A DNA stretch of 63,365 nt, counting the filler, from Lentisphaeria bacterium (GTDB lineage: Bacteria; Verrucomicrobiota; Lentisphaeria; JABSQK01; JAWLHB01), in NCBI GenBank assembly GCA_041690595.1. It is 3 parts of 3 records of this genome, joined end to end, with 100 filler letters (N's around TTAATTAATTAA, not from the genome) between each part and the next. Parts side by side here need not be neighbours in the genome. Positions count along the whole stretch, not along the records: positions 24,304 to 47,346 come from JAWLHB010000070.1; positions 47,447 to 63,365 come from JAWLHB010000076.1; 1 more part is not named here. One strand, given 5' to 3'. The position numbers were made by a program, and so were the translations under genes. Positions 39,721 to 49,584 of the stretch are shown one piece after another (the stretch's first letter is position 1; each line of letters starts with the position of its first letter). Under the pieces are notes generated by a model. That model worked only from the letters and a program-made list of their open reading frames with translations. It did not search any database and was not told the origin of the DNA.

Positions 39721-40526
39721 TCTCCTTTCAGGATTGCGAGCGAGTTGTGCAGACCGGGCACGGTGGCGGCAAGCGCCGCCGCGATATCCGCCACGTGGGC
39801 GTCGTCCACCGTCCCAGTCCATTCGTCCATGAAGATCTTCTTGAATTCGACCGGCAGCAGAATGCCCCGGCCCGGAAAGTTGCGCTTTACCCAGTCGGCA
39901 AAGGCCGTTCTTGGCCACTTGATGTTCTCCCGCACATCCGGCAGCCTGCCCCGGATCGGCTGTGCCCCCAGATCGGCCAGGAAGCGGTCGATCAGCCGTC
40001 CCCATCGATGCCGGTTGAAACAAGCCGTCCCAACGTCGACCTCGGGGTTCAGCTCAGGATCGGCCGGCGCCCCGGTCGGCCCGGTGCGACGGTGATTGTA
40101 GCTGTGAATGTCCAGGATGACAAAGCCGCCATGGCGCCCCACCAGCTCCTCCAGCCAGGCCCGCACCTCGCCGTAGAACTCGTCATACAGCGCCAGCGAA
40201 GCCTCCCACGCCCAGTCCGGCAACCCCTCTCGCCACACCTTCAGCCCCCACGACTCCGACGGATCTCGATAGACCGCGCGATCCCGCGGACGGTTCACAT
40301 CCACTTCGAACCGCGAGCGACTCAGCTCGATCCGATTCAGCGAAAAGCCGATCATGCGATCGGTGAAGGGATCCTCTTCACGCCGACGATCTTCCTCCCC
40401 CAACGCCATGATCGCCGCGATCTCGGGCCGTACTTCATGCCCCGCGTGCACCGCCGATGCGATGATCGGCCCATCCCCCTTCACCAGCTTTCCAAGCCCC
40501 AGATGCACGACCCTTTCCAGCTGCAT
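39711..40526 (-). CDS. N-formylglutamate amidohydrolase family
   Basis: SAVHAGH, EEDPFTD, SRFEVDVNR, LDIHSYN and VEFKK. Confidence 0.88.
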   Translation of the reverse strand: MQLERVVHLGLGKLVKGDGPIIASAVHAGHEVRPEIAAIMALGEEDRRREEDPFTDRMIGFSLNRIELSRSRFEVDVNRPRDRAVYRDPSESWGLKVWREGLPDWAWEASLALYDEFYGEVRAWLEELVGRHGGFVILDIHSYNHRRTGPTGAPADPELNPEVDVGTACFNRHRWGRLIDRFLADLGAQPIRGRLPDVRENIKWPRTAFADWVKRNFPGRGILLPVEFKKIFMDEWTGTVDDAHVADIAAALAATVPGLHNSLAILKGECR

Positions 40527-40613
40527 TCGCTCTCCTTCTCAGGTTGAGAAAAAGATACCCCCAGCAGCCTCAAAATCAAGCTCAGAAACGGCCCCGATTC
40601 ACCGCAATTTCTC

Positions 40614-41729
40614 TCATGAACAGACCGCGTCCAGAAAGGCCAGATAATTGGCGATGACGCGCTCCCCCGGATTCTCCTCGTAAGGGCCCGCACTGGGCGA
40701 AAGCATGAAGCGCCGCCCTTCCAGCCGCCGCATCTGATCCTGCACCGCCGCCCGCATCTCCGCGGTGCTCATGCTGCGAAAGCAATCGTACTGAATGCAC
40801 CCGATCAACCCCAGTCGATCGCCCACCACCTCGAACGCCGCCTCGATCGCGCAATCGCCTACCGGCGGCTCCTCGATCGTATGCAGCGCATCCGCCCCCA
40901 TCGTCAGAAAGTCCGGCAGAATCTGGCCGATCTGGCCATGATAGTGCTGAATCGCAAAAGCACCATGCGCGTGGATTCGCTCGATCAACTCCCGCGCATA
41001 CGGCACGATCCACCGCTGAAAGGTCGACCGGCTGACCAGCGGCGGCGAGGCAAGCTCACTCCCCACCAGGAAGTAGACTTCCGCCAGCTTGCGCTCCAAA
41101 GCAAAGTCATACACAACCCGCAGGCGCTCCATTGCCGCATCCAGAAATGAACGGACCGCCGCATCCTGCGTGAGCGACCAAATCGCATACATCTCCAGAT
41201 CGCTGTGCTGGTAGAGAAAGCCGATCGGCTCCCCCATGTCCAGCATCATCGCCCCATAATCCAGCGGAAACTCGGCCCGTTCGACCTCGTACCGCACCAG
41301 CGCCTCCTCCAGGTGACGCCGCAACACCGCCTCGTCACGCTCGATCGGAAAGCTGAGCAGGATCCGCAGGTCGTCGTCACTGCACAGCAGCGGCTTGCGC
41401 ACCGTTCCATCCGACCTTGTGCGCGTCTCTTCGACCAGCTCATGGCCGCCGTACCGGTAACGCTGGCGCGTTACGGCGACACCTCCCTCGCTGCTACTCT
41501 CCTGGATAATCACGACTTCCGGCGTGAAGAGCGGAACAGGCAGCGATCGCCGATTCAGCATGACCGCCCGACCCTTCGACGCCTCGAACACGGGCCGGTA
41601 CAGCGGATGCGTGCGCACGTCGACATAGTAGGATGTCGGCGCATACGGAAAGAGCAGCCACACCGGCATCCGATCCACCGGCTCTCCCCCCAGCCAACTC
41701 AGCAGCCGCTGACGCGGTGTCATGCTCAT
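40614..41729 (-). CDS. Uroporphyrinogen decarboxylase (URO-D)/methyltransferase superfamily protein
   Basis: MTPRQRLL..VDRMPVW N-terminus; QHYHG, EEPPVGD and FMLSPS. Confidence 0.8.
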   Translation of the reverse strand: MSMTPRQRLLSWLGGEPVDRMPVWLLFPYAPTSYYVDVRTHPLYRPVFEASKGRAVMLNRRSLPVPLFTPEVVIIQESSSEGGVAVTRQRYRYGGHELVEETRTRSDGTVRKPLLCSDDDLRILLSFPIERDEAVLRRHLEEALVRYEVERAEFPLDYGAMMLDMGEPIGFLYQHSDLEMYAIWSLTQDAAVRSFLDAAMERLRVVYDFALERKLAEVYFLVGSELASPPLVSRSTFQRWIVPYARELIERIHAHGAFAIQHYHGQIGQILPDFLTMGADALHTIEEPPVGDCAIEAAFEVVGDRLGLIGCIQYDCFRSMSTAEMRAAVQDQMRRLEGRRFMLSPSAGPYEENPGERVIANYLAFLDAVCS

Positions 41730-41814
41730 ATCCGCCTCTCCCTTTTCCCCTAAGGTAGCCGATCGACTGCATTCCGCCACGGCCCGAGCCGAATACCGCT
41801 CAATCTGCTTCTGG

Positions 41815-41921
41815 TTAGGTGCGCCGCGCCATCTCCCGCGCCCGCCTCTGCGCCGGCAGAAGCAGCGACGCAAGCACGGCAATAATCGCTACAACGAGCA
41901 GTACTTTTCTCTCTCATGCAT
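41815..41921 (-). pseudogene. Remnant of a prepilin-like gene
   Basis: Minus strand reads [29 protein letters not shown] with no in-frame start and no FTLIE. Confidence 0.75.
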
Positions 41922-42990
41922 GGTTCACTTCCTTGGGTGTAAGAAAGTCGTCGGCTGACTCCACTCTTGGTTTCACGCGAATGTCCACGGCAGAACCATG
42001 GCGATTGGCCATGACCTGCTCCAGCAACGCGACGCTTGACGTGACCATCTCACTCAGCGGCAGGCACGTTCGCCGCATCGGTACCGGATAGAAATGCTCG
42101 ATCCCCTCGTTCTGCTGATAAATCAGCACCAGCTCCTCGGGAACACGAATACTCAAGGTCAGCGCAGCTTGCGCCACCCCCTTCGCGACGATGTCGTCTG
42201 GGATGAAAAGTGCCTCGGGTCGCGACGAACCCGCTTGCCATATCTGCCGCAAGCCCTCGTAGCCAACGACTTCGTTCATCACTTCAGCTTTATGACTGAA
42301 GATCCACTCCGGGCGTGTCTCCAGTCCGGCAGCGGCCACCCGCTCGGCAAACCGATCTGCCGCCTCTGCATAGGGACGCCCGATCATGCCGACGGCTTTG
42401 CGACCGGTGGCGGCCAGCGCCTCCACCCCGGCATCGATTCCCCCTTCCAGATCCACGTACACCCGATAGTCGCACGGATGATAGGAGATATTCACCACCG
42501 GCAGATCCAGCTTGCGATCCGGATGGCGTCTCTCCCATACCGGCAGATTGCTCGCCACCGTCACCAGCCCCGCCAGCATCTTCCGGCCCACATCCTCGAG
42601 CAGCACCTGCGAAGGAAGGGCACCCTTATCGAGAAACCCAGGCGTTTCATGATACATTCGCACCCCATGTCCCGCTTCGTGCAGAATCCACTGCAGACGA
42701 TCGCTCAGTGAGTACGCAAAATCCGTATTGATCCGCGTGCTCAGCCCATAGTTGACCAGGATCCCCACCGTGGCATTGCCCGGCATGCAATGCACCACCG
42801 TACCGGCCTTGCCGCGAGTACCCAGGATCCCCAGACGCATCAATTCGCTCACCGCCAGCGAAATGGTTCGACGGCTATATGGATATGCATGCTCCAGGCG
42901 ATCCAGCGTCGGTATGCACTCACCCACTCGCCACGCGCCATCACGTATCTGGCGAAGCATGTCCTGCTTGATATAATCTCGTGCCGTCAT
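41914..42990 (-). CDS. GntR-HTH regulator with a periplasmic-binding-type effector domain
   Basis: GECIPTLDRL..SRRTISLAV..GKAGTVV; PEALFIPDD..IRVPEEL. Confidence 0.88.
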   Translation of the reverse strand: MTARDYIKQDMLRQIRDGAWRVGECIPTLDRLEHAYPYSRRTISLAVSELMRLGILGTRGKAGTVVHCMPGNATVGILVNYGLSTRINTDFAYSLSDRLQWILHEAGHGVRMYHETPGFLDKGALPSQVLLEDVGRKMLAGLVTVASNLPVWERRHPDRKLDLPVVNISYHPCDYRVYVDLEGGIDAGVEALAATGRKAVGMIGRPYAEAADRFAERVAAAGLETRPEWIFSHKAEVMNEVVGYEGLRQIWQAGSSRPEALFIPDDIVAKGVAQAALTLSIRVPEELVLIYQQNEGIEHFYPVPMRRTCLPLSEMVTSSVALLEQVMANRHGSAVDIRVKPRVESADDFLTPKEVNHA

Positions 42991-43210
42991 ACTCAAGCCT
43001 CCATCGCATGGATATATATATACTCCGTGCGACGCCAATGCAAACTTGCTCCTGCGCCCTCATCTCCCGAGGCTCTCACAGCGGCAGATTTGAAAACAAT
43101 CCGATCGCGGCGCTACCCTATCTTACATCACACCGCAGGCCACTCTGCCCAGGCAACGGGAGTTTCCAGCGTTCGGCGGCAGGAAGTGTTGTAACAGGCA
43201 GGGACAGTCG

Positions 43211-44044
43211 ATGAGTGAAGATGACACCAGCGAAAATCCAGACGCCAAGCCCGAGGACGCGGAGGTCCTGAAACGGGAGCGATCCGAGCTGCTCCAACGT
43301 TTGGAGAGCTGGCTGGAAACGCCGATGCTGGTTCTCGCCTTCGTGTGGCTGGTGCTCCTGGTTCTGGAGTTGATTCGCGGTGAGAGTCGGCTTTTCTATC
43401 TTCTCGGCACGATTATCTGGGTCATCTTCATTCTCGACTTCGGGGTGAAGTTGGTCCTGGCCCCGAACAAAGTCGTCTACCTCAAGAGTAATTGGCTGAC
43501 CGCTATTTCGCTGCTGATCCCTGCGCTGCGAATCTTCCGCGCCCTCCGTGCGTTTCGGCTACTCCGTCTGGGCACCACGGGGCGGGGGGTGCGTCTGGTT
43601 CGCGTCATCAGTTCGATGAACCGCGGAATGAAGGCCCTGAGCGAGAGCCTGAACCGACGGGGATTCGGGTACGTGATCACCCTCACCGTGCTGGTCACCT
43701 TCGCCGGTGCGGCAGGAATGTATGCATTCGAGAACGCGGCACCCGGCGGCCCGAAAAACTTCGGCGAGGCGCTATGGTGGACCGCCATGGTCATGACCAC
43801 GATGGGCTCGCAGTACTGGCCGCAGACGGCCGAGGGGCGTGTACTCTGCCTCATTCTGGCCCTGTACGCCTTTGGCGTCTTCGGCTACATGACAGCCGCG
43901 CTCGCCACCTTCTTCGTCGGCCGTGACGCCGATAGTAGCGACGCCGAAGTGGCAGGGGCCAAGCAACTGGCCCAACTCCGGGACGAAGTGACCGCTTTAC
44001 GCGAAGAGATCCGCGCCCTGTCCCGACAACCGCCGGAGCAGTGA
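43211..44044 (+). CDS. Ion-channel family protein (6TM potassium-channel-like)
   Basis: Arg-rich S4 (LRIFRALRAFRLLR); pore ALWWTAMVMTTMGSQYWP. Confidence 0.88.
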   Translation: MSEDDTSENPDAKPEDAEVLKRERSELLQRLESWLETPMLVLAFVWLVLLVLELIRGESRLFYLLGTIIWVIFILDFGVKLVLAPNKVVYLKSNWLTAISLLIPALRIFRALRAFRLLRLGTTGRGVRLVRVISSMNRGMKALSESLNRRGFGYVITLTVLVTFAGAAGMYAFENAAPGGPKNFGEALWWTAMVMTTMGSQYWPQTAEGRVLCLILALYAFGVFGYMTAALATFFVGRDADSSDAEVAGAKQLAQLRDEVTALREEIRALSRQPPEQ

Positions 44045-44202
44045 AAGGCTGGCACCCTCGGATGAGCGCGCGTTTTGAAAAACCCTGCACAGAAAGACCA
44101 TATTGAGGTTATGTCACCGTTCAGGGCGGGCCACCACCGCCGCGCCACTGAAACGGTAACCAAATCGCTCATGAACGTGCCGGCGGATTCAGGGAGGATC
44201 AA

Positions 44203-45246
44203 GTGAGTTCATCGCAAAGGTGCATCGTCATTGGGGCGTCGGCGGGCGGGGTTGAGACCTTGCGCGAGGTTGTCTCGCGGCTGCCGGCCGACCTGCCGGC
44301 GCCGGTCTTCGTCGTCCTGCACATCCCGCCATACGTGGAGAGCGGGCTGCCGCACATCCTCAGCCATTGCGGTCTGCTCGAGGCCATTCATCCCGACGAC
44401 GGCGCGGCCATCAAAGCAGGCTCGATCTACGTCGCACCGCCGGACCACCACCTGCTGATCGAAGGCCGCCGGATCGGCGTGAAGAAGGGGCCAAAGGAGA
44501 ATCGCTTCCGCCCGTCGATCGATGCGCTCTTCCGCTCCGCCGCCTACACGTATGGCCCCCGCGCCATCGGCGTGGTGCTGAGCGGCGCGCTTGACGACGG
44601 CACATCGGGCCTGTGGAGCATCGAACGGCTGGGCGGGGTCACGGTCGTGCAGCTACCCAGCGAAGCGCGGTTTGAGCAAATGCCCCGCAGCGCGCTGGAG
44701 TATGTTCAGGTTACTCACACGCTGCCTTCCACGGAGATCGGTTCGCTGCTGAGCCGACTGGCCGGCGAGCCACTCCCCAAAGGCGTAGCGGAGATCACCA
44801 TGGACGACGACGGAAAGGCGCGGATGAAAATTGAACTGGAGATCGCCGGGGCCAAGTCGGCATTCCAGAAGGGCGTTATGGAACTGGGCGCGCTGACCCC
44901 CTTCACCTGCCCTGAGTGCCACGGTGCGCTCGTGCGAATCGGCGAGGGAAAGATGTCCCGCTTCCGCTGCCACACCGGCCACGCCTACACCGACAGCGCT
45001 CTGCTCGAGGGGGTAATGGAAACGACTGGGGAAATGCTGTGGCAGGTCATTCGCAGCTTTGAGGAGTCCCTCATGCTGCTCAATCACATGGGAAACCACC
45101 TCAAACAGGCGGGCGATCCCGACCGGGCTGAGACCTTCTTCGTCAAGGCGCGCGAACTCGAAAAACGGTCCCGCACCTTCCACGCCGACGCTATCCACCA
45201 CGAGAGCCTGAGTGGCGACAACCTCGGCCAGCAACCCGAAGACTGA
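44203..45246 (+). CDS. CheB-like methylesterase with a C-terminal Zn-binding domain
   Basis: GASAGG, VLHIP, RPSID and LSGALDDG; C-terminal CPECHG..RCHTGH; no receiver domain. Confidence 0.9.
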   Translation: MSSSQRCIVIGASAGGVETLREVVSRLPADLPAPVFVVLHIPPYVESGLPHILSHCGLLEAIHPDDGAAIKAGSIYVAPPDHHLLIEGRRIGVKKGPKENRFRPSIDALFRSAAYTYGPRAIGVVLSGALDDGTSGLWSIERLGGVTVVQLPSEARFEQMPRSALEYVQVTHTLPSTEIGSLLSRLAGEPLPKGVAEITMDDDGKARMKIELEIAGAKSAFQKGVMELGALTPFTCPECHGALVRIGEGKMSRFRCHTGHAYTDSALLEGVMETTGEMLWQVIRSFEESLMLLNHMGNHLKQAGDPDRAETFFVKARELEKRSRTFHADAIHHESLSGDNLGQQPED

Positions 45247-45478
45247 CCTCGGACACTGTCCCCAACGGACAGTCAATGCCCCCGCTCGATGGCATCCACG
45301 ATGGGCTGGCGCGGCAGCATTTGGGGGAGATTTTCTGGCTTGAGGGGAGTTGGCTGCACGCATGATCGCCGCTCGGAGAGCGCCTCACTAATAAGTCCCA
45401 TGGAATTGAGTTCACGCGGGGAGGGGGCGACGGCGTGGACGCAACCCCGAATGGGGGTTGATGCGTGGGCGGGCAGCC

Positions 45479-45540
45479 TACCCAGGGTAGCCTCAAGGGC
45501 AACCCTGGGCTATGGGCCGCAGCCCCGTTGGGGCAAGGGG
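45479..45540. repeat. REP-like palindrome family B
   Basis: TACCCAGGGTAGCC..GGGCAACCCTGGGCTATGGG..GCCCCGTT; second copy at 48046-48110. Confidence 0.8.
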
Positions 45541-45879
45541 CGAAAAGAGACGCCGGTTTCTGTGAAACTGAGTTCAAACGGGAGGATGGCATTGGGTTTG
45601 GACTTATGAAGAACAATGTCAGGGCAAGGCCGGGTGGGGACTCCCACATTATGGCTGGCCACCATACAATGGCTGGCCACCGGCAGCAGGCATCGGCCTC
45701 GGCTTGGCCGACAAAGTGGAGACGCTCCCCGAGCGGCGATTGGGCTGTTGTCTGCAACGGCCCTGCCATTGCCGTCCGCCCCGCTATTTCCCAGAATCGC
45801 GTTGAAAAGCAGGCGCGGACAGTCAATAGTGAGGCTGTACCACCGCCCAAAGACTAATCACTCGTTACGTCATCCGATT

Positions 45880-46260
45880 ATGAAGCTTGAACACATCGCC
45901 TTGAATGTATCCGATCCGGTGGCGGTTGCGTCGTGGTACTGTCGGCATTTTCAACTGAGAATCGTCCGTCATCTTCCCCTGCCGGCGCAAACTCACTTCC
46001 TCGCCGATTCCGACGCCACGGTTCTTGAGATTTACTGCAACCCGCCAGATCGCGTTCCAGATTACCGATCCCTCGATCCCTTGATCCTGCACCTTGCTTT
46101 TGTCAGCGCCGATCCTGCTTCGGATTCCGAAAGATTGGTTGCCGCTGGAGCTTCTATCGTGAACGAAACACATCTTCCGGATGGTTCGTTCCTGATTATG
46201 ATGAGAGACCCGTGGGGATTGGCGTTTCAACTCTGCAAGCGAACAAGTCCCTTGATCTGA
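45880..46260 (+). CDS. VOC/glyoxalase family protein
   Basis: LEHIALNV, LEIY, LHLAFVS and RDPWG. Confidence 0.9.
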   Translation: MKLEHIALNVSDPVAVASWYCRHFQLRIVRHLPLPAQTHFLADSDATVLEIYCNPPDRVPDYRSLDPLILHLAFVSADPASDSERLVAAGASIVNETHLPDGSFLIMMRDPWGLAFQLCKRTSPLI

Positions 46261-46339
46261 CGATTCCTCACCAGTAACACCGCCCAACACGAGCCGCCAC
46301 CATCGCGAATCCACGCGTTCAGCCCAAGGAAGGCAACAG

Positions 46340-47116
46340 ATGGACCTGCATGACAAAGTTGTGATCGTCACGGGAGCGGGAAGCGGTGTGGGCCGAGCAC
46401 TCGCCCTGGAGTTCGGCGCCAACGGAGCCAGGGTCGTCTGCGTGGCACGAAAAGTTGACCGCATTCAGGAGACCGCGGGGACCATTGAAGCGAATGGTGG
46501 CACGGCGCTTGCCCTGCAGGCTGACGTGACCGACCTTGCCCAGGTTGAGCAGATGGTTTCACAAGTCTTGGACGCCTTTGGGCAGATCGACGTGCTCTTC
46601 AACAACGCCGGAAGCTTTGGCGCGATTGGGGCCGTATGGGAAGTCGACCCTGAGGCTTGGTGGCACGACGTGACCGTCAACCTTCGCGGGACCATGCTCT
46701 GTTGCCGCGCCGTCCTCCCGCATATGCTGAAACGCGACAGCGGTATTATCATCAACATGGGCGGCGGCAACCAGATACCAGGTGGAACTGGCTATAGTTG
46801 CTCAAAAGTCGGTGTTACTCGCTTCACGGAACTCCTCGCCAAGGAGTTGAAGCACGAAGGTTCCTCGGTACTTGCATTCATGATGGGGCCAGGCTTCGTG
46901 CGCACCCAGATGACTGAAATCCAGATACAGACACCCGAAGGCCAGAAGTGGCTGCCGTCCAGCAAGAACGCCATCGAACAAGGCAAGGATCGCCCACCCG
47001 AGGACTGCGCACGGGCCGTCATGAATCTCATTCGCGTCGCCTCTCCCCACTTGAGCGGACTCTCCTTTGGACCCGACACCGATTTCGACCAAGCCCTCCG
47101 CGACGCGATACGCTGA
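46340..47116 (+). CDS. SDR-family oxidoreductase
   Basis: TGAGSGVG, NNAG and YSCSK. Confidence 0.95.
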   Translation: MDLHDKVVIVTGAGSGVGRALALEFGANGARVVCVARKVDRIQETAGTIEANGGTALALQADVTDLAQVEQMVSQVLDAFGQIDVLFNNAGSFGAIGAVWEVDPEAWWHDVTVNLRGTMLCCRAVLPHMLKRDSGIIINMGGGNQIPGGTGYSCSKVGVTRFTELLAKELKHEGSSVLAFMMGPGFVRTQMTEIQIQTPEGQKWLPSSKNAIEQGKDRPPEDCARAVMNLIRVASPHLSGLSFGPDTDFDQALRDAIR

Positions 47117-47250
47117 CCAGCAGAGCCGAACAACCAAGCCAGCGCAAACACTTGGCGCACGAGACGCATCCAGAATTCGCATCATCGCGGCTGGATTGTC
47201 ATTTGAAGGACCTGGCGAGGCCTCTGTCGCAGCCAAAGCGTTTCGGAACC

Positions 47251-47346
47251 GTAAGCGTCAAAAATACCCCATGTTGTTTTTGGGGCCAGACGCCTACGCG
47301 GCTTGGGCCTTGGCTTCGCGCTTTGCTTTCCAGACGTCGGGGAGGA
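47251..47346 (-). mobile_element. IS66-family right end (contig edge)
   Basis: Terminal GTAAGCGTC; the minus strand encodes LPDVWKAKREAKAQAA*, like a TnpC C-terminus. Confidence 0.75.
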
Positions 47347-47446
47347 NNNNNNNNNNNNNNNNNNNNNNNNNNNNNNNNNNNNNNNNNNNNTTAATTAATT
47401 AANNNNNNNNNNNNNNNNNNNNNNNNNNNNNNNNNNNNNNNNNNNN
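47347..47446. other. Artificial contig linker
   Basis: N run, TTAATTAATTAA, N run. Confidence 0.99.
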
Positions 47447-47542
47447 TCCTCCCCGACGTCTGGAAAGCAAAGCGCGAAGCCAAGGCCCAAGCCGCGTAGG
47501 CGTCTGGCCCCAAAAACAACATGGGGTATTTTTGACGCTTAC
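47447..47542 (+). mobile_element. IS66-family right end, second identical copy
   Basis: Exact reverse complement of 47251-47346, with a different flank. Confidence 0.75.
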
Positions 47543-47618
47543 GTACGTTCGAGTACCTACAGAGTCTAGGGATACCTACACTGCCTGTCGCAGCGTCAGG
47601 CGATAGGTAAGGGGCGTT

Positions 47619-48357
47619 CAAGCTTGGATGCTTGGCGGGGGGTGCATTTCGGGTGGATCTTTGCGGTCTCTGCGTTCTTTGTGGTTAATCCTTTTGCTCT
47701 CATCATGAGCAAGCGCGGGGACGCGGGGTGGGCGGACATGGGACGGATGGGCGAAGGGGTGGACGGGAGCGAATGAGGGGGGCCGGGCGTTGGGGAGGGG
47801 CGACGTCCAACGCCGGGGCCACTCAGGCGAGTGGCGCGCCCAGGGAGCGCGCAAGGGCAGGGCCGTTGGTAACGGCCCTGGTCGCCGTTCGGAGAACCTC
47901 TCCTACGTTGAGGTCAGCGCAGAGGCGGAACGAGCGTGGACTTAGGAAGAAAAATGTCCGGGCAGGGGTCGTTGGTAGACCGGGCTTTTCTTACGCAATC
48001 AGGGATGATTGCGGCCCGATGGGGTTGATGCGGGAGTGGGAAGTATACCCAGGGTAGCCCGGAAGGGCAACCCTGGGCTATGGGACGTAGCCCCGTTTGG
48101 GGCAAGGGGGCAAAAGGAGACGAGGGGAGGCGAAGAGGACGGAAGTGTTCACCATGAAGGGCATGAAGAACATGAGGATTGAGGTGGGCAGGATGCAGGG
48201 GAAATAGCAGAGCCGTTGGGGGGCTGGTCTTTTCTTACGCAATCAGGGATGATTGCGGCCACCTCGGCAAGCTTGGATGCGTGGCGGGGGGGTGCATTTC
48301 GGGCTGTCGGAAATATGCCTGATCTTTGTGGTCTCTGCGTTCTTTGTGGTTAATCCT
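47619..48357. repeat. Mosaic intergenic repeat region
   Basis: Contains family A (47818) and B (48046) palindromes; CAAGCTTGGATGC..GGTGCATTTCGGG..GTGGTTAATCCT at 47619 and 48268; TTTCTTACGCAATCAGGGATGATTGCGGCC at about 47987 and 48231. Confidence 0.8.
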
Positions 48358-48381
48358 CTGCAGCTTGCTGCCCACTGCTTT

Positions 48382-49518
48382 TCAGCGGAGGCTGAGGAGG
48401 AAATCTTCGGGGAGTTCGGCTTTGTGGACGTGGGAGATGCCCCAGGGGTCGGCGTTGTAGATGACGTGGCGGTTGTCGGCGGTGAACCAAGCATGGACGT
48501 GGGAGCAGGCGGGTCCGCCACCCTGGCTGCCGCAGTCGCTGACGAGGGTCCGGTACTTGCCGGACTCAAGGTCGCCGACGACGATCTCGACGGCGCCGGG
48601 AATGCCGTGACGGAGCGATTCGGCGACGAAGTAGTGTCCGCAGCGGGAGGCGGAGGAGTGGTTGAAGAGGTGCTCGGGTGCCTCGAAGGTGATGGGATCT
48701 TCGCCGGGGCCGACGACGATCAGGTTGCCCTGGGGATGGCGGTTGTCATGGGAGGGGCGATTGGCGGTGCCGCTGAAGGCGACGCTCATGCCGGGCCATT
48801 GGACGGGGGTGACGATGCGGCCGGTGGCGCCGACCCAGGAGGCATGGCCAGTGGAGGAGCCGGTATAGGGTTCGCCGATGCGGAGGGGGGTCTCCTTGCC
48901 GGTCATCAGGTCGAGGATGGCGTGGGTGGCGCCTTTGCCGCGGATGTTCCTCTGGACGAGGACCTGGCGTCCATCGACGTGGTTGATCTGCACGTGATTG
49001 AGGATGTCGTCGCCTCGGTAGAAGAGGGTGAGTTCCTGGCTCTTGAGGTCGATGCGATAGAGGAAATTATCGTTCTCGCGGCGTTGGCCGACGATGAGGT
49101 AGCGCAGGTTGGGCGAGACCGTCCAGAGGGTGACCGGCCCTTCCAGGGGCCAGTGAGTCATGACGATCTCTTTGTTGAGGGAGGTGAGGTCGACGCGGAT
49201 CAGCTCGCCGTTGCGCCGGAGGTAGTGGACCTTGCCGGACCATGAGCTGGTGGCAAACCAGGTGCTGACGATGTCGGCATCCAGGGGGGTGATGCGCAGG
49301 GTCTGGAGGTCGGCGGCGCAGAGTTCGGTGGGCGGGAGACGCGGGTCGGCGGTGGTTGACCTGGCGTAGGCAATGCGGCGGCCATCGGGGGAGCCGTAGG
49401 GCTGTTCGAAATAGAGGTTGACGTTGGACATCACCGAGCTGGTCAGCCGGGTAATGCGTGCGCCGCTGCAGGGATCGGGGGCCAGATCACAGGCTTCCGC
49501 ATGCCACTTTATCGCCAT
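48382..49518 (-). CDS. Oligogalacturonate lyase-like beta-propeller protein
   Basis: DPCSGARITRLTS, LYFEQP, NHVQIN, GHASW and HVHAWFTAD. Confidence 0.7.
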   Translation of the reverse strand: MAIKWHAEACDLAPDPCSGARITRLTSSVMSNVNLYFEQPYGSPDGRRIAYARSTTADPRLPPTELCAADLQTLRITPLDADIVSTWFATSSWSGKVHYLRRNGELIRVDLTSLNKEIVMTHWPLEGPVTLWTVSPNLRYLIVGQRRENDNFLYRIDLKSQELTLFYRGDDILNHVQINHVDGRQVLVQRNIRGKGATHAILDLMTGKETPLRIGEPYTGSSTGHASWVGATGRIVTPVQWPGMSVAFSGTANRPSHDNRHPQGNLIVVGPGEDPITFEAPEHLFNHSSASRCGHYFVAESLRHGIPGAVEIVVGDLESGKYRTLVSDCGSQGGGPACSHVHAWFTADNRHVIYNADPWGISHVHKAELPEDFLLSLR

Positions 49519-49584
49519 ATGGGGAGTCTCCTCTCGCTTGTTTTTCAGCCGGTAGGTAGGGTCAAGATGGACGCCGAAGCGTCA

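Noticed and set aside
47251..47542. Perfect 96-bp inverted repeat suggesting a giant hairpin or invertible element
   Set aside because: It spans the artificial linker; two contigs simply end in the same IS66 terminus.
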